DNA of 64,000 nucleotides from Rhodosorus marinus CCMP1338 (GCA_029953675.1 JAMWBK010000011.1:1116001-1180000), one strand, 5' to 3'; counted from the first letter of the stretch, positions 23,201 to 36,043 are shown. Made by a program: numbers and translations. Notes: generated by a model from the sequence alone, not told the origin.

Positions 23201-26048
23201 GTCCGTTCTTCGGGGCCTCGAATATGACCTGCTTGTAAGCCCAATCTGTACCCACCACTGGAGTCACCCAGTTTGCTGTGTTCGACGCTACCGTTTCCCC
23301 CCGCGAGCTTCGCACCACCAAGTCTAGATCACCACCTTCCACCAGGTAGCATCGGTACCTATAGTTCCTTCCTTTCTCCAGTGGAGCCCTTTCACTCGCC
23401 TCCGCGTCTCCCATTGGAAGCCTCATGCTCATCGTCCCCTCAAGCGCGTTCGATTCATAGAACGCGGCAGTACCTTTCAGGCTCCACTTCGCTGGGGCGA
23501 GATCTTCAAAGCTTGGATTGTCTATCAGCTGCTCACCCACGGTACTGGGATCATTTGGGGGCTTCCAGTTGCTTACTGGAATCGGTGTGCTCTGTGCAGC
23601 ATCTCCAACGAATGTCGGTACAAGAGACTGCGGATAAAGGGTACAAGCATCAGCACTTCCGGCCTGGGACGCTGTCGTCGACAGAGTTAGCTCGTAAATG
23701 TCCTTGTCGGTCGAGTAGAAATCCATCTGTTTTAGTCTCCACGTGGACCCATCGATAGCGGTTGAAGGGCCTTCCTCGTCAACCAACATGAGGAACAGGT
23801 TCGACTGCTTGCGGATGTAAAAGTTCACAGATCCACGCACATGACAAACGAGTCGGTAGCCCAGGTTGGCCTTAAGGTAGATCACCTGCATCGCCTCTGC
23901 AGTTTCTTGGCCGAGCCTCAAGCTGCTTCCGCCCCAGTAGGCCGATGTGGTTGAAATAGATGCACCACCGGACAGCTCCCAGTCGTCCGAACCCTTCTCA
24001 AAGCTCGGATTCTTCAACCTCTGTCCGGTCTCGGGAATCGTCCTAGGCTGATCCCTAGGGTCGTTTGCTGGCTCTGGACAGGCGAATGGTGAGGCTCTGC
24101 CTCCGAGAAGACAGCAGGAACCACCGCTGCATTCATCGACCTCGATCGTCACGGTACTAACGTACCCAGATGAATCGGGGTATAGAACATCAACGTACGG
24201 GCTGGGGTTTGAGTTCAGTATAAGAACCCCTACGGGAATCACGAACACCCCAAAGTACATGCTGTTGTCGTTGCGACCGCCTCCAGGGATCCTCTCGTTA
24301 ACTGATGGTACCTCCTCTCCGTTGATGAAGATCCTGGGACGCGGCTCTTTGCTCCGAACCCGCGCATGCGCTACCCTGATATACGCCATGGCGTTCTTGG
24401 AAGAAGGTATGTCCGCAAAGTAGAATCGGATCGATTCGTCCTTTCGGATCGGCACGGGAAATTCCACACCATTCCCAGTCGCGTCAGTCACCCGCTGAAG
24501 ATAATGTCTCGATCGCTCGACTGTTCTACGGTCTATAATGGGCTTCTTAAACATCACTTCGAGTACCGTCATTCCCTCCGGACGCATACGAATCGTCTCT
24601 GGAATCGCATTCATCGTCTCGTTCGACCACATCACCTTGCCTGGTCGGCGAATATTCTGCCTTTCATCCTCATCCGTCGAGTCCTCATCTCTCAACCAGA
24701 GCCTCCTCTCTACGACGGTTTCAACCTCCTCGATTCCATACGGAAAGTTGAGCGCGACGTCGTAGCTTGTCTCCGCGTGAGTGTTCTGAAGCATTACATA
24801 GCCTCTGTCCGAGTTCGCCACGGCATGGACTTTGATATCTGTTTCTGGAGAGTAGGAGTAGGTAAAAGAGCCCTCGATACCTCTCAACAGCTCCCAGTAG
24901 TACAGAAACGGAGTGTAGATATATTCTTCATCAGAGGTCTTCTCAACGATCGACCAGGGATAAGGGTTCTCCATGCGCTGCTTCGCTGTGGTGATCTCCA
25001 GCGTATGAAAGCAGATGAGCTTGATCAGGTTATCATGGACTCGGAGCTGACTCATCATGATCTGGAAGCACTCCTTCATGATCACAAAGTACCTTCCTCC
25101 CAAGGGCTCGCTCGAGATTCTCGTACTCTTGCTGTACCAGCTTCTTTGGTACGCTCCAGACTCAGTGATCGCGTACGGCATCACCTTTTTGGGGGTATGC
25201 ACACTATTGACATATGTATAGGTCTCGACAAGGTCTATGTTCGCATCCTGTACGGATCCACCTCCGTCGTAGATATGTTCACTGACAAAGCCGAGACAGT
25301 CATCTTGCATGGTGGTGTCCAGCCAGAGCTTCATTCTGTTTCTGAAGAGGGCAAATTCTTGATGATGCGGCTTTGCGTTTGCAGCCGTAGGACCACCGAC
25401 TAGGATGTCTGGATGCTCTGCAGTAACGCTCTTGCAGATCTCGTTGCATTGCTCGGCGATTCGAGTGTTTACGTCAATTTCTGTCTCGTCGGGACGGCCT
25501 TCAAGCTTGAGCGTCTTCCATTTGTTGAAGGGCTCGTTGAAACACTCGTAGTAACCAGGTCTGGGATACCGCACCGAGTCATCGAAGAACCACGTGAAGA
25601 AGTCCGCTGTGTACTTGCGAGCCGATTGTGTGAGCGATTGGCTGTTGATCCACTGCCTCATAACCACAGCATCGTCGGTGACAAATCTTTCTCTCGTAAT
25701 GAATCGTCTACGGTTCGCATCGGAGTTCTCATTGGACTTGAACTTCACGTCTTGGTCCCCATCAGCTTGCGCAGTGTCCAACGCATTCGGAAAGTTATCC
25801 GAACCTCCAAATGGTCCACCAGCTGTCCTTCCAAAATGAACTCGTAGCTCGTCGGCGAAATACTCCATCTTATCCTCGATTACCCTGACTACAGAATAGT
25901 CTCCATGGGCGTTGATGAGCCGCTCCCTGTTGAATTCGGATACGCCATTTGTGCTCAACGTGGTCCAAAAGTCCACATCTACCTCCACTGCGGTGCTCCA
26001 TTCCGCAAAAAGTATGAGCACCACCAGAACCCCTTGCCGGATACCCAT
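20277..26048 (-). CDS. GH86-like paralog 4: signal peptide + catalytic module + 7 CBM-like modules with P/T linkers, 1923 aa
   Basis: Intronless ORF with [31 protein letters not shown] and AITESG motifs. Seven repeats start with (Q/P)xLxxPxFE-like sequences. It lies tail-to-tail with paralog 3. Confidence 0.88.
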   Translation of the reverse strand: MGIRQGVLVVLILFAEWSTAVEVDVDFWTTLSTNGVSEFNRERLINAHGDYSVVRVIEDKMEYFADELRVHFGRTAGGPFGGSDNFPNALDTAQADGDQDVKFKSNENSDANRRRFITRERFVTDDAVVMRQWINSQSLTQSARKYTADFFTWFFDDSVRYPRPGYYECFNEPFNKWKTLKLEGRPDETEIDVNTRIAEQCNEICKSVTAEHPDILVGGPTAANAKPHHQEFALFRNRMKLWLDTTMQDDCLGFVSEHIYDGGGSVQDANIDLVETYTYVNSVHTPKKVMPYAITESGAYQRSWYSKSTRISSEPLGGRYFVIMKECFQIMMSQLRVHDNLIKLICFHTLEITTAKQRMENPYPWSIVEKTSDEEYIYTPFLYYWELLRGIEGSFTYSYSPETDIKVHAVANSDRGYVMLQNTHAETSYDVALNFPYGIEEVETVVERRLWLRDEDSTDEDERQNIRRPGKVMWSNETMNAIPETIRMRPEGMTVLEVMFKKPIIDRRTVERSRHYLQRVTDATGNGVEFPVPIRKDESIRFYFADIPSSKNAMAYIRVAHARVRSKEPRPRIFINGEEVPSVNERIPGGGRNDNSMYFGVFVIPVGVLILNSNPSPYVDVLYPDSSGYVSTVTIEVDECSGGSCCLLGGRASPFACPEPANDPRDQPRTIPETGQRLKNPSFEKGSDDWELSGGASISTTSAYWGGSSLRLGQETAEAMQVIYLKANLGYRLVCHVRGSVNFYIRKQSNLFLMLVDEEGPSTAIDGSTWRLKQMDFYSTDKDIYELTLSTTASQAGSADACTLYPQSLVPTFVGDAAQSTPIPVSNWKPPNDPSTVGEQLIDNPSFEDLAPAKWSLKGTAAFYESNALEGTMSMRLPMGDAEASERAPLEKGRNYRYRCYLVEGGDLDLVVRSSRGETVASNTANWVTPVVGTDWAYKQVIFEAPKNGPHEFAILNGDLESALVDYCTVFETTESVETPTPTMGPEPTEVTTSLGPQLLLDPGFEKASRPDWVYTGNARIETNTVFEGSRSLRLPPGIGSASQSLQLEKDGTYRIRCIVLNNSPFIISVARELTGEIVVSDNRNWNQLTTRWGERIVEFEARNNGLHIVSLSNGRDDSAFIDFCTLNEVNPEATQSPGPTELPTALPPAQILADPSFELNTQGNWVVENGYFDPDVVLDGFFSLRLRVGQNSATQVVSLTELYEYTLECRVRRNLPLIMELIGSGNVVARSNPPPGDADGWARRTLSWTSSRSGDHTIKLSTDPTDFAIVDDCSLLEFVRTPTPTPTPTPTPTPTPTPTPTPTPTPTPTPTPTPTPTPTPTPTPTPTPTPTPTPTPTPTPTPTPTPTPTPTPTPTPTPTPTPTPTPTPTPTPTPTPSPTPTVAPLLLDPDFEKGTKGPWVFSGSARVETSLVRSGARSVRLPTRSVSRVKQEAALRRNRQFLLTCFVSNNRELIMSVDVNGEEIARNESDPSDSGPVWTKRTLLFTTLRQGVYEINLFTEFSSFAVVDDCSLEETVFIPTDTPRPTPSQTSSPTPELTPTPSPLPEIPNGSLQLFLAPGFGPGGGSERWVLEGAARYDTIRNFEGSRSCKLDFDTSSVSQEVELLKGATYAIRVMVYGPGVLMISVSDGSGVVFQEKSQNRIAPSWQEHGMSFVTDSRATYKVSFGSSRGHLVYVDQAQVFEVDVPEPTDSPTPEPTDPPTAVPTEPPTALPTEPPTAMPTEPPTAVPTDLPTAVPTIPPTPMQTDSPTPVPTELSTPRPTNPPTTSPSEGTPSPTATLSPSEKPVPTTPVVDGQILVNAGFDDGKPAPWNFIGSAVIDSLTVYQGTHSLRLRIGMSEAQQRVVLEAGGEYSLSCVFLKRTSVFMRIIQNGVVMVITDRRTESLDTRWEKRTLHFTAPDDGNYIVSVKTERASWTYVDSCAM
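20815..20965 (-). repeat. Intragenic 24-bp (8-aa) repeat PTA(V/L/M)PT(E/D/I)(P/L) linker
   Basis: ggcactgccgttggaggttccgta-like units; translation [24 protein letters not shown]... Confidence 0.8.
21907..22206 (-). repeat. Coding hexanucleotide array of 50 units encoding (TP)~50
   Basis: GG(C/T/A)GT(T/C) hexamers on the + strand, translating to about 100 aa of TPTP... in paralog 4. Confidence 0.95.
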
Positions 26049-27928
26049 TGTCCACGCAGACTTTCCAACGTATGTCCAAATCCTCGTCCTGCAGAACTAA
26101 AATCCCCGTCTACACATTCCCCCCTCCAATCTCAAATCTGCTCCTCTCGAGTCAGGTAAAAGACTCATTCCTCCGCGATCCGCACTCTCCCTTCGTGCCT
26201 CTCCAGGCCCTTATCTCCCTACCCTCAACTCTCTTCAATCCTGTAGGAACTTTTATCCTTGGGGACCTGAGGCAATTAACCCAGAAAGACCTTGTCTTGT
26301 TACGAGACGTGGTGAACTATAACATCAGTGAAGATGACGTGTATGGAGGCCCTTGAGGTTTTGGGCTGTTCTCCCCTCCAAAATATCAACCCACTTCAAA
26401 ATTCTGTGAAGTTAAGAAGTCGATGACCTTTTTCATGCGGATCAGTTCACAATTTTTCGAAAGTTTTGACCGAAGGCGAGAGGGCCGCGTATCGAGCGCC
26501 TTGAAAATTGGTTTGTTGTCTTGAAAAGCCTCTCCCGTGCAACCAGATTTCCAGATAAAATAAATCAGCGTTGCAAAAATGAATCACAAGTTCCGCAAGA
26601 GAGATCGGCATTTTGGGGAGGATGCGATGAACCTCTGTTTAGTTTTGGACTGCCTCGGCAACCAAACCGTACGGCCCTGGCCTTTCCCAGTAGCCGTTCA
26701 AGAAGAGTTTCCTCATCGAATCTTGTTTTTTCATTATCAAGACGAGCTTTGTTTACTAAGAAGCGTCGCACGAGAGAAAACTACTCATCCGCTTCCTACG
26801 GGGTCTTCCTCACCGCGTGAAGCAAACCCTTCCCAATCTGTAGCATTCCATTGCCGTCTCTACCAAAATACTTAACACATAAAACCAAACAAAAATACCC
26901 GTTTCACTAAATTCCCTGATTTCATTTCAGAAAACCAACGTTGATAAGGAATAACAGCGAACTTGGTTGGTCCAATTTAAATTTATAAGTAATATAAAAA
27001 ATGTAATGAACTAAAACTCTTTTATATTTTATAGACAGGGGATAATTATACCCTATATTTATACGAATATTTATAAGGGATAGTTCAGTTCATTTACTGT
27101 ATGATTGGTTAATGTTTCATATATTATTATATAAATATAGATTATGGTTTAATTTTTCTGCTAGACGTAATTTTTGCACTGGAAAATATTTTCAAAAATT
27201 CTCTTTGTTATTTTGAAGAAACAGCCAACCATTCACTTTCCTCTCTAATTTGTTCCCATTTCCTTCTTTTGGTCACGTCCACATCAATGATAGAAGATGA
27301 TATTTCTACCCCTTACAATTTACTTGTGCTTGCATAGTAGACGTAATTTTATACTTTACTTCAATATATGTCAGCTGTAGAAATGGAAGATAGGAGGGGG
27401 GTAGAATTTTGTTCGTGTTTTTTGGCCGAAAAATTACGTGGAGGATTGTGTTTCTTGCTACTTTTTGCATCACGATTCACTCTCTTCGTTTAATGAATAA
27501 TGTTTGATGAATAAAGAAGTCTGAAGAGGGACTTTTAATAAAGTCTCTGCGCAAAATGGCATCTGAATCATTTAGTTGTAAACCTTTAAAGGCAATATTG
27601 GGCCCAGGGGGATGCGGTCCTAGAACAACAAATATGGACGATCTGAACAACGATCAAAATGTAAAAACTACGATGCATGTTTCGATCTTATTAGAATTGT
27701 TTGGATCAAACAAAAGCGTATTCTAGAACTTTATTTCTATTTTATTTTGTATTTCCAGGATTTTGATGTTGTTATGAATCAAATTTGTGTGTATGAGTCT
27801 AGTCTGGTGGGTTGGGTGTCGGGGTTATAACGGTGTTTGTATCGGTAATTTGTTTAGGAGTGTTTGGTAAGCAGGTTGCAAACCGCTACTCGTAGGACTT
27901 GACAGGGCGCGCTGGGGTAAATAGATAA

Positions 27929-28023
27929 GATAAAGTGTTAGTCTTGGAATTGTAAGTAGATCGAAAGTGTTAGTCTGTGAGGGGGGTAGATCGAAAGTGT
28001 TAGCGTTGATCGAAAAGTGTTAG
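27929..28023 (+). repeat. Four spaced copies of GAT(CG)AAAGTGTTAG
   Basis: Copies end at 27941, 27973, 28003 and 28023, separated by unrelated spacers. Confidence 0.75.
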
Positions 28024-29743
28024 GCTCCTTTGGGCTTTGGAATAGACCGAATGCTTTTCCATACATACCCCTCTTGGATGGAGACGAGTCCTCGATTCAC
28101 AACCCGGCGGTTTGGCTTCGATTTTGCTAAAAACAAAATTGCCGTTTCGTAACCGAAATTTGATCGGATAAAAGGTCAAATTCAGTTGCGCTTCAGTGTG
28201 GTGAGGTTGAAATTTTAAGCTTGTCAATAGGGTTGTCCTATCAGGCTGCTTGAATCCATTATTTCGTTCATCAGTGTCTCCTCGACCCACCGCCAATGAC
28301 TTATCGGGTTGGCTCATTCAATCGGCCACTATGAAGGGCTACCAAATCAGCACCACGGGCAATCATCTGCCCGCAACCGTAGCTTGACTTTTGTCAGACT
28401 ACGAGCAATCGCACAAACAAAAAGACCAGGTTTTCTCTCAAGAGGCACTTCTTTTCGCGCCAAAGTCAGCAGTGGTAGTCTCTGCCAACCTCGCGTTCAA
28501 CTGCGTTTTGCATTGATATGCACCGGGCACCCATGGATACGGGAGCATGATGAGGCAATGCGGTTTCGACATCCTTGCGCGGCGTTGCTGGTCGGTTCCT
28601 ATTTCTCGTAGCGCGCAACGTGCTAGGGGAAATCCTGTCGCTGATTTTCGGTCCAGCGAGCAATGATAAACACGCTCAGTCATCTACCAGGAAACAGCAG
28701 CGCGAATTGAAAACCGGTCAAAGTCCCATGCGCATCGAATACTTTGTCTGCATGCCTACAAGTCGTGATCAATAGTAAAAGTTTTTCCGTGGTGAATCAG
28801 TTGCAACCCTGAAACAAATTCCACAAAAGCAGCAACGACATGCAAAAATCATAGTTGAGCCACTCCCGCCCGATGAATAAGTGTCCACTCCATATTCCAA
28901 TTCAAGAGAAAAGTCGATTGTCGTTGGGGAAGCAGGTTATGCTTGTTTGTCCTGTGACTTTGGATGTGAGCTCCGTTCTATGCTCTACACAGAACTTCTT
29001 GCTGGAATTACTTCATTTCAATTGCCCGGACGTAGTCGTGCTTGGATACGCTCTCCTGACCACTCGAATGTCGCTCTGGCTGCCTGTCCTTGTGAGGGCG
29101 CGATAGGATTTCCACTTCACCACATAGAAAAGGATTTCGAGGTGTGTCTTGAGAGTCCACTAGCATGTAGATACTTCCTTGACCACAAGATCAACGCTCA
29201 TTTCTGATATACACACACGCCTGGACGTTGTGATTTGGTCGAAACACTCATTTCAGAGCACTGACCACATCCGTTAGGTCAAGGGAGGGCTATTGATCTT
29301 GATCGTTCACAGGCCTTCTCGCAATAACCATCGTCGACACGAACAGCAAACAATCTTGCACCGGCCTTGTCTAAACAGGAGCAAATCCAGATTCTGAAGC
29401 AGTTTGGTCGGTTAAGTGTGACATCATCAAGCAAGACTAGCAATTAACTCGCCTTGGACCGTTTCAACCACCTCGGATTGCGTACGTCAGCTCTTAAACT
29501 TTAGTTCTTTCGCGTGTTTTTGACCGACGAGGCGCTTCAATCCATACGAGCAACCAAAAACTACCCTGAAGCGTGATGTACAACTGTACGATATAAGTAC
29601 TAAGTCGTTACAATCGAATGACAGCACTGAGGTTTTTGAGACTAACCCGCCGAGGTCGTTGGAGTTGGTGAGGAGGAGGCTGGGACTTGTGTTTGAAATA
29701 GAATAGGAAGTGTACTTGTTCGTCTTTTTGTTGGTGGCTTAAG

Positions 29744-31345
29744 ATGTCCGTGACTCTGCATGTATATGATCTATCTCAAGGCATGGCTTCTCAGATGTCG
29801 CCTGCCCTGTTGGGTAAGCAGATTGGAGGAATCTGGCATACTGGGATTGTCGCTTTCGGAAGGGAGTACTACTTTGGGGGAGGGATTTGTGTTGATGCGC
29901 CGGGAACGACTCCGTATGGGTCCCCCGTTGAGGAGCATGTGATTGGAAGTACGAGCAAGAGCTCGGAGGAGTTTTTGGCGTTCCTGAGGTCGGTTAGCTC
30001 GAGGTTTACGATGGAAACGTACAACCTGTTCGAGCACAACTGTAACAACTTCTCAGACGAGTGCTCACGGTTCCTAACTGGGAAAGGAATTCCTGAGTAT
30101 ATTCTAAATCTTCCCTCGGAAGTCCTTTCGACGAGCATGGGCCAAATGATTCGTCCCATGATCGATTCCATGCAGAACGGTATTCGAGATGCATCGATCG
30201 GACATGAGGTGAACCTCGGGAACGGTCTCGCCTCTGCACCAGTAGCAAAGTAGGTCATGAAACTCATACTGCACATAAAACTTTGTTCACTGTTCTTATT
30301 ACGCTAAACTGTTCTCTCGCGTCCAGGTCAGCCCCTAGGTACCCGGCCCTCGACGCCCTCCACCGCGCCAAAATCCAGCTCGCAAAAGCGAACAGGGACG
30401 CCATCAAGAAGAAACTAAGAGAACTCGACGACTCAACCGATCCAGAATCAATACAGAGCCTCTTCAGTTACCTCGAAACTTCAAGTCCGGCAAACGCCTT
30501 CCCAGCTCTCGACCTCATCAGGTTGCATGCTCTCAACCCCACTCTCTCGAAGACCATCCAGGCGAGGTGACAACCAGTGCATCAGACAATCTGTCCTTAC
30601 AAACAGACAGACTGTCGATTTACACTTGGACAGACTGTCTTTAGGAATGATTATTGTTTTGCAGAAAATAATCTGCGGTATTTCGAGTATTGAAATGAAT
30701 TGTTTTTGGACGCTTTTGCTCAACCACAACATTAGGTTGAAGTGGATGTTAGAGCGGTATGTGCTGATGAAAGGTACAGGTGTGGGGGAACGGGCGAGCT
30801 GCATGATGGTCTTGAGGACTGCAGTGAATCTTCTATTTGTTGGAGAGGTTTCCGGAGTCCTTTTGGGAGGAGATTCGGAGGTTTTGGTGGATGCTGCTGT
30901 GGAGGGGTTGCAGCATGGGCATGCTCAGGTGAGGATGCTAGTTGTGACTGTTGATTCTCATAAATGGGATTTCGTCTTGGAAGTTGGAACTTGACTATAC
31001 TGGACTGACGGCGCTTGATTCCGGTCTCTGCGATGGTCTTAGGTTCGCATGGCGGCAGTGTCGCTTGTTTTAAATATTGCCATATCGGTGAGGCATGGTA
31101 CGCCACTCGATGAATCGAGTTCAGTGAGACTTGTATGCGCCCTTGCTGAGAGGCTTGCAGAGGAAACGACGAGCTCGTCTGAGGTTGGGATGCTGCTCGG
31201 AGCGATTGCGGCGTTTTCTGAAGGAGATGAGGACTCCAAGCTGCTTGCCAAGACGCTGGATATTGACGCTCAGTCGATTGCAAAGCGTGAAGCTGGGAGT
31301 CTCTCCGCGGCAGCGCTTCAGTTGCAAGAGCTGCTTAATGGATAA
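29744..31345 (+). CDS. PPPDE/DeSI-family deubiquitinase/deSUMOylase with C-terminal PUL domain (4 exons; introns 30250-30326, 30567-30735, 30929-31042)
   Basis: Catalytic WHTGIV and YNLFEHNCNNFS motifs. GT-AG introns restore FPALDLIRL and Q|VRMAAVSLVLN PUL-like segments. Confidence 0.88.
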
Positions 31346-31394
31346 TTGAGTACACGGTACAGTTTTTTTGGAATTCTCCAACCAACTGATTGCG

Positions 31395-32040
31395 CTACTT
31401 CGTCAGCGCGCTCGCTCTGCCCCTGGCGAACTCCTTCTCACTTGGAGATGATGGCGCCGGCGACAAGTCGAGACTGGCAGAATCAGATGAATAGTGCACG
31501 GCTACATGCGACAACCCACGGGATTCAATCCCAGCGTAAGTGGAGGAAAACAAGCCTAAGATGATATTCTGCAGAGGTGCTCCATCGAAGATCCTGTGGA
31601 CAATCCCACGTCCGCTAGAGATCCCAGGGTGGATATCCCTCTGCATAGCTGGCACCTCACTCGTATTTCTCAGAACCCGGGGTTTTCTGAGGAACTGTGC
31701 AGCTCGTTTGGCCAAGATCGTGAAGAATTCCTGGAGACCATGACATATCCACATCCGCAAGGAGTCAATCACTACCACTACACTACTGTTGTATCCTGAT
31801 CTTCTAGCCAAGTCTCTTTCATCGAAAACCAGGTTTGTGCCTAGGGGATGTTCTCAGATGACTTTCGTTTATAGGAAAAGGAGGATGACTCCAAGGTGAC
31901 GTTCTGGACGCCACCGCCTACTACCTGAGCTAGATTAACAAGTAAACTGTCCGATCCGCCCTTCGACCGCAAAAGCAAGCACACCATCTCGGCTTCATCG
32001 CGCTGTATGTCCGTTTCTATACCGCCGATGACTAAACGAA
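31395..32040 (-). CDS. Possible spliced gene of unknown function
   Basis: 138-aa ORF plus an upstream open segment (VIGGIETDIQRDEAEMVCLLL...) ending at a GTAGT donor. The model is unresolved and no family was recognised. Confidence 0.25.
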
Positions 32041-32352
32041 TTTCGCACCAGCAGTCATCTTGCTAAATGTAACGTTTCCGTGGCTATCTCGGTCCACCAA
32101 AGCAATAGATCGCTGCGTGTTCCACCCATCTAGCCCATGAAACCCATGACAGTTCTAGGCTTTGCAAGGGGGAGTCGGAGGACACGGTTTCTTCACGAGC
32201 GGGGTAGACTTCAGGACATGTTGTTCGGATTGGGGATCTGGAGCTCTGGCGCCTCTCTTCCGAATGCCATCTCTTGTGTGAGGAATCTTCTGGTCTCGTA
32301 GAGCTCAGAAAGCGCTGAAGTTTCGACAGTTGGGCTACCGGCTTGCGGGTTT

Positions 32353-33275
32353 ATGGCATTTGCAGGGTCGTTTGGAGCGGGAAAGCGCGGAGCAAAGCGC
32401 GGAGCAAAGCACGAGGTATGTAGTGCTGCGTGTGGAAGGATTGAAGTCCTGTATGAGGACGAGTGGATGCTGGCTGTGGATAAGCCTGGGTCCATGTTGA
32501 TGCACAGGAACATCAAGCTGACACGTGGGAAGGAGGAGAAGTATGTAATTGATGAGCTGAAGAAGCAGCAGAACGATAAGGAAATATACGTCGTTCACCG
32601 ACTGGATAGAGCAACCAGTGGGGTTGTGCTTTTCGCTCGGAGCCCGGAGGTGGTCACTGAACTACAGCGGATGCTTTCCCTTGAAGAAGCTCAGAAAACG
32701 TACCTTGCCCTAGTCCGCGGTTTCACACCGGAGCAATGGGTCAACGACAACCCGCTAACAGACCACGATAGCAAGAAGAAAGTACGGAGAACTGCAAATA
32801 CATCATTTGAGCGACTTCTGACGCTCCAGGCGTCGCGGCTGTCACTCGTTAGAGCGACGCCTAAGACGGGGAGAACAAACCAGATCAGAAGGCACCTCGC
32901 TGGTGACAGAAACCACATCATCGGGGACGTCAAATACGGCAAAGGACGTGACAATCAGTTCATGAGGGATCGGTACGTGCAGGAAAGGACAGAGACAGAT
33001 TCATCTTTTCCGAAATCGCTTAAGACTCCCCCCCCCCCGGTCGCTAATGGTTGCGAAATCACTCCAAATCTTGCAGGTATGGGCTTCCTAGACTATTTCT
33101 ACACGCAAGAAGGCTAACAATACGTCATCCGAGAACTTCCGAGCTCATGACCATTGAAGCACCGCTGCCCCTTGACCTCTTCGACTTTTTGGCGGCGCTG
33201 CCCGATTTTTCAGCTTACACTCATCCTCCTATTACTGATCTAGGTGTTTCTATTGGCAAACATGTTTCCTTATAA
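32353..33275 (+). CDS. RluA-family RNA pseudouridine synthase, probably plastid-targeted (intron 32973-33076)
   Basis: VDKPGSML, HRLDRATSG (catalytic Asp), KTGRTNQIRRH, IIGDVKYG and, after splicing, RLFLHA. N-terminus MAFAGSF... resembles a transit peptide. Confidence 0.92.
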
Positions 33276-33299
33276 TGATTATTATCCAATTAATGTACT

Positions 33300-34450
33300 G
33301 TAAACTCTGCATAAACTCGTTCAAGCCTTCTGATTGGCAGGTTCTGTTCGACGATGCCGGTGGAGCATTGCGAAGGGTTTTTGCTAGATCTGTGTGCTCG
33401 CAGATGCCACGGGTTGATACTGGGTGCGAGACTGCCTATGAGTGGAAGCAAAAACCACAAAAATCCTCCGTAGCTCAAAGTCAATGAAATTTAAATGTCC
33501 ATATGTGAGGACGATCGTCACCGTATCTGTGAAGTCCAGCTCACAGTCAGTGGCGCAGGAGTAGACTGTAGAGTGATAGACATTCGCGCATTCAGTCTCT
33601 TCTACAGACCTTAGTTGTAGCCTCGATGATGCCGGGTTGACTCGAACATGATAGGTTAGCGAGAGAGACGGCAAGAATACTAAGCGTATCCCAAGGACGC
33701 AAATATACCGTCGTACGTTGAAGACAATGCGCTGCAAAGAAATCAGTTATGCTAATCCATAGTACCCGTCTAACTTGCTATAAGCCGATTCTCTCCAATT
33801 GGTCCTTAAGAACTTGCTCAAGGTTTTTCAGTTCGAACTTTCTTCTTGGCCATCTGACTCGATGGGCACTAAGATCAAAGTCGACTTCACGGCTTCACAG
33901 CCAGTGACCAGATCAATTTTTGTAGTACAGCTGAAGGTTAGTTCCCCTTTAGCGCTGAAGGCTACGTGCGTAAAACCACCACCGGAAATGATGTTCTTAA
34001 TTTGAAAAAAGGAATGGAGAAGAAGAGCACGAATACGTCGGCATCTGCTGTCTGAGGCCGGACTCTGCAGGAAATTAACGCTAGAGTGAGATACTGCTGG
34101 TAATCAGAGAGCAGAGCAGGCACTGTAAAATCTACCCCAGCAAACAAAACCACTCATCTTATATTCGATAAGAAAGTCAACAATCTGCGAACTAAGTACT
34201 CTTTCCTGTTCCGGATTGGACAAGAGAAAAGAGAACCTTACAATGCACGAAGGGGGGAAAGGCTGCTCTCTGATTCTTTCTGCTTGCGCAGGTATGGAGC
34301 TGAAGATAGCACTGAATGAAGACGCATCACTACCCCAGGTACGAACTTGCAGATTTCGCACCCATTCCCAGCACATACTTGTGCCGCGGGTATTCCCAGC
34401 CGGAAGCAGAGCACCATAAACTACTTCCACTGGTCAAGCATCCTCGCTCC
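33300..34450 (-). CDS. Probable multi-exon gene of unknown function
   Basis: Several open segments (ERVLSSQIVDFLIEYKMSGFVCWG; RIRALLLHSFFQIKNIISGGGFTHVAFSAKGELTFSC...) are bounded by GTAG/GTAC donors and TGCAG acceptors. Boundaries are approximate and no family was recognised. Confidence 0.3.
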
Positions 34451-36043
34451 ATTACAGACAGGCCTGACCACCCAAGCATGCACGCGGGTCGGCTGGGTCA
34501 AGAACATTACAATCCAGCCGAGTCTTCCGACGAATGCTGGATCAAGCTTAGGGTCCAAACCTTTGCTCATTCTCAGCTTGTGGCACGCCCATTCAAAAGC
34601 CAAATCCAGTTTTCGCGATGAGGATACCTAGGTTGCCTAGTACCTGAACGAAGCTCAACGGTCAAGCCTTTCCAAGCAGCATGTCATCCTCCCACCGGCA
34701 CATAACGGATCTGCCCTGCCAGTCAAGATATTGAGGCTTTTCAAGTCAATCATTATTTAATCAAATCAGTCCAAACGTATAAATCTTCCGTAACGTCCAT
34801 GATGATCAAAACGCAATATATTTTAGATTTTTCTTCTTCTGTACCGCCGAAATATCTTTAACTATTACGAGTAAAGTTCGTACACGCGTCCTAAAATTAC
34901 TGAACTTCTTTTTTCCTCGCTATTTATTGGTTGTAACGTGAAACGAGATAATATTTTAGACGAATGAAACAACCGGCTGCTTTTATGTATTTTTGAAATA
35001 AAAACAATTATCCAAAGTTAAGGAAAAGTCTTCGGTTTGTTATTGGGGGTAGAAGGAAATGACAAATAGTTCTTTATTCTTTGAAATGCGAAGATATCGT
35101 GCGGCTAATTATACTCAAGGGGGAGAGGCTAAATCCGTGTACATTAAATTTATCATTAGGGGAGGTGTAGGATTTGCTAATTTCTGCTTTGACGAGGATT
35201 TTGTTTTCGCTTTTCTAATATGTAGTACGCAATGACTGCGAAGGAGAGAGGGAGGCGGGGGGGGGGGAGGAAGGTTTGTTTCTATTCTAGCTCTGTGAAG
35301 ATTAAGATTTTTTTGAGGGGTTTTCGAGTATGTCGCGTTAGAACGTATCTGGAGATGCTGGCTCTCGGTCTCTCCGTCCTTTGGGGTGCTTTCCAGCTCG
35401 TGAAAGATCTGCACTGAGCGACATGATAACATCTAGAAGCAAGTCGGTTTGCTGCGTGAATCGCCTCACACGAAGACCCTGCTTTTCTATCTTGCTTTTC
35501 TGATCATTCAGCCCTTTTCTCTCCACCCTCCCCTTCCTCCCCCCCCTCCCCCACCAACCCCTATCCCCTCTCAGCCAGGGCCGCTTCAAATAGGTTCAGT
35601 CATGTTCGGGCAACGGAGAAGGTCTGCAGAATCCATCTAAAACCTCACCTACTTTCCCTCCCTGATCGTTCCGTCAACCTGTCTCACCCCACAAACCAGA
35701 AAGCGGCACAAAGGCCAAGGACAAGCCATCCAGCTCGGAAGGCGTTCGTCGATTCTCTTCAATTGATGCTCTGTTGAATCGATTTCTCTATCAAAGCTCA
35801 AGAGCTAGGCAGCATTAGAATTCCTTTCCCTCTCAAAGTCGAGATCAAAAACTTTGATCAATACTGTCAGGAGAGCAAAGCTGTGCTTGTGGAGTCTAAT
35901 GCAGTAAAGAAACGGTTTTTGGTGGGTGAGGTTAACGGCGAGCTGGGTGTATAGACTGAGGAATTTGTTCATTGGCAAGGCTTCCTTATCTGTTTTGTTT
36001 CTGGGGAGGATTGAGGAACAGAGCAGAATTGGTTTTCGTCAGG

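Noticed and set aside
24366-25403. 345-aa plus-strand ORF
   Set aside because: Antisense to the paralog 4 catalytic module, with no motifs.
27929-28023. CRISPR-like repeat/spacer appearance
   Set aside because: Repeats are about 15 bp with 4-16-bp spacers, no cas genes are present, and the context is eukaryotic.
35232-35417. Possible micro-protein with a hydrophobic C-terminus upstream of PLD
   Set aside because: Too short to support without expression or homology data.
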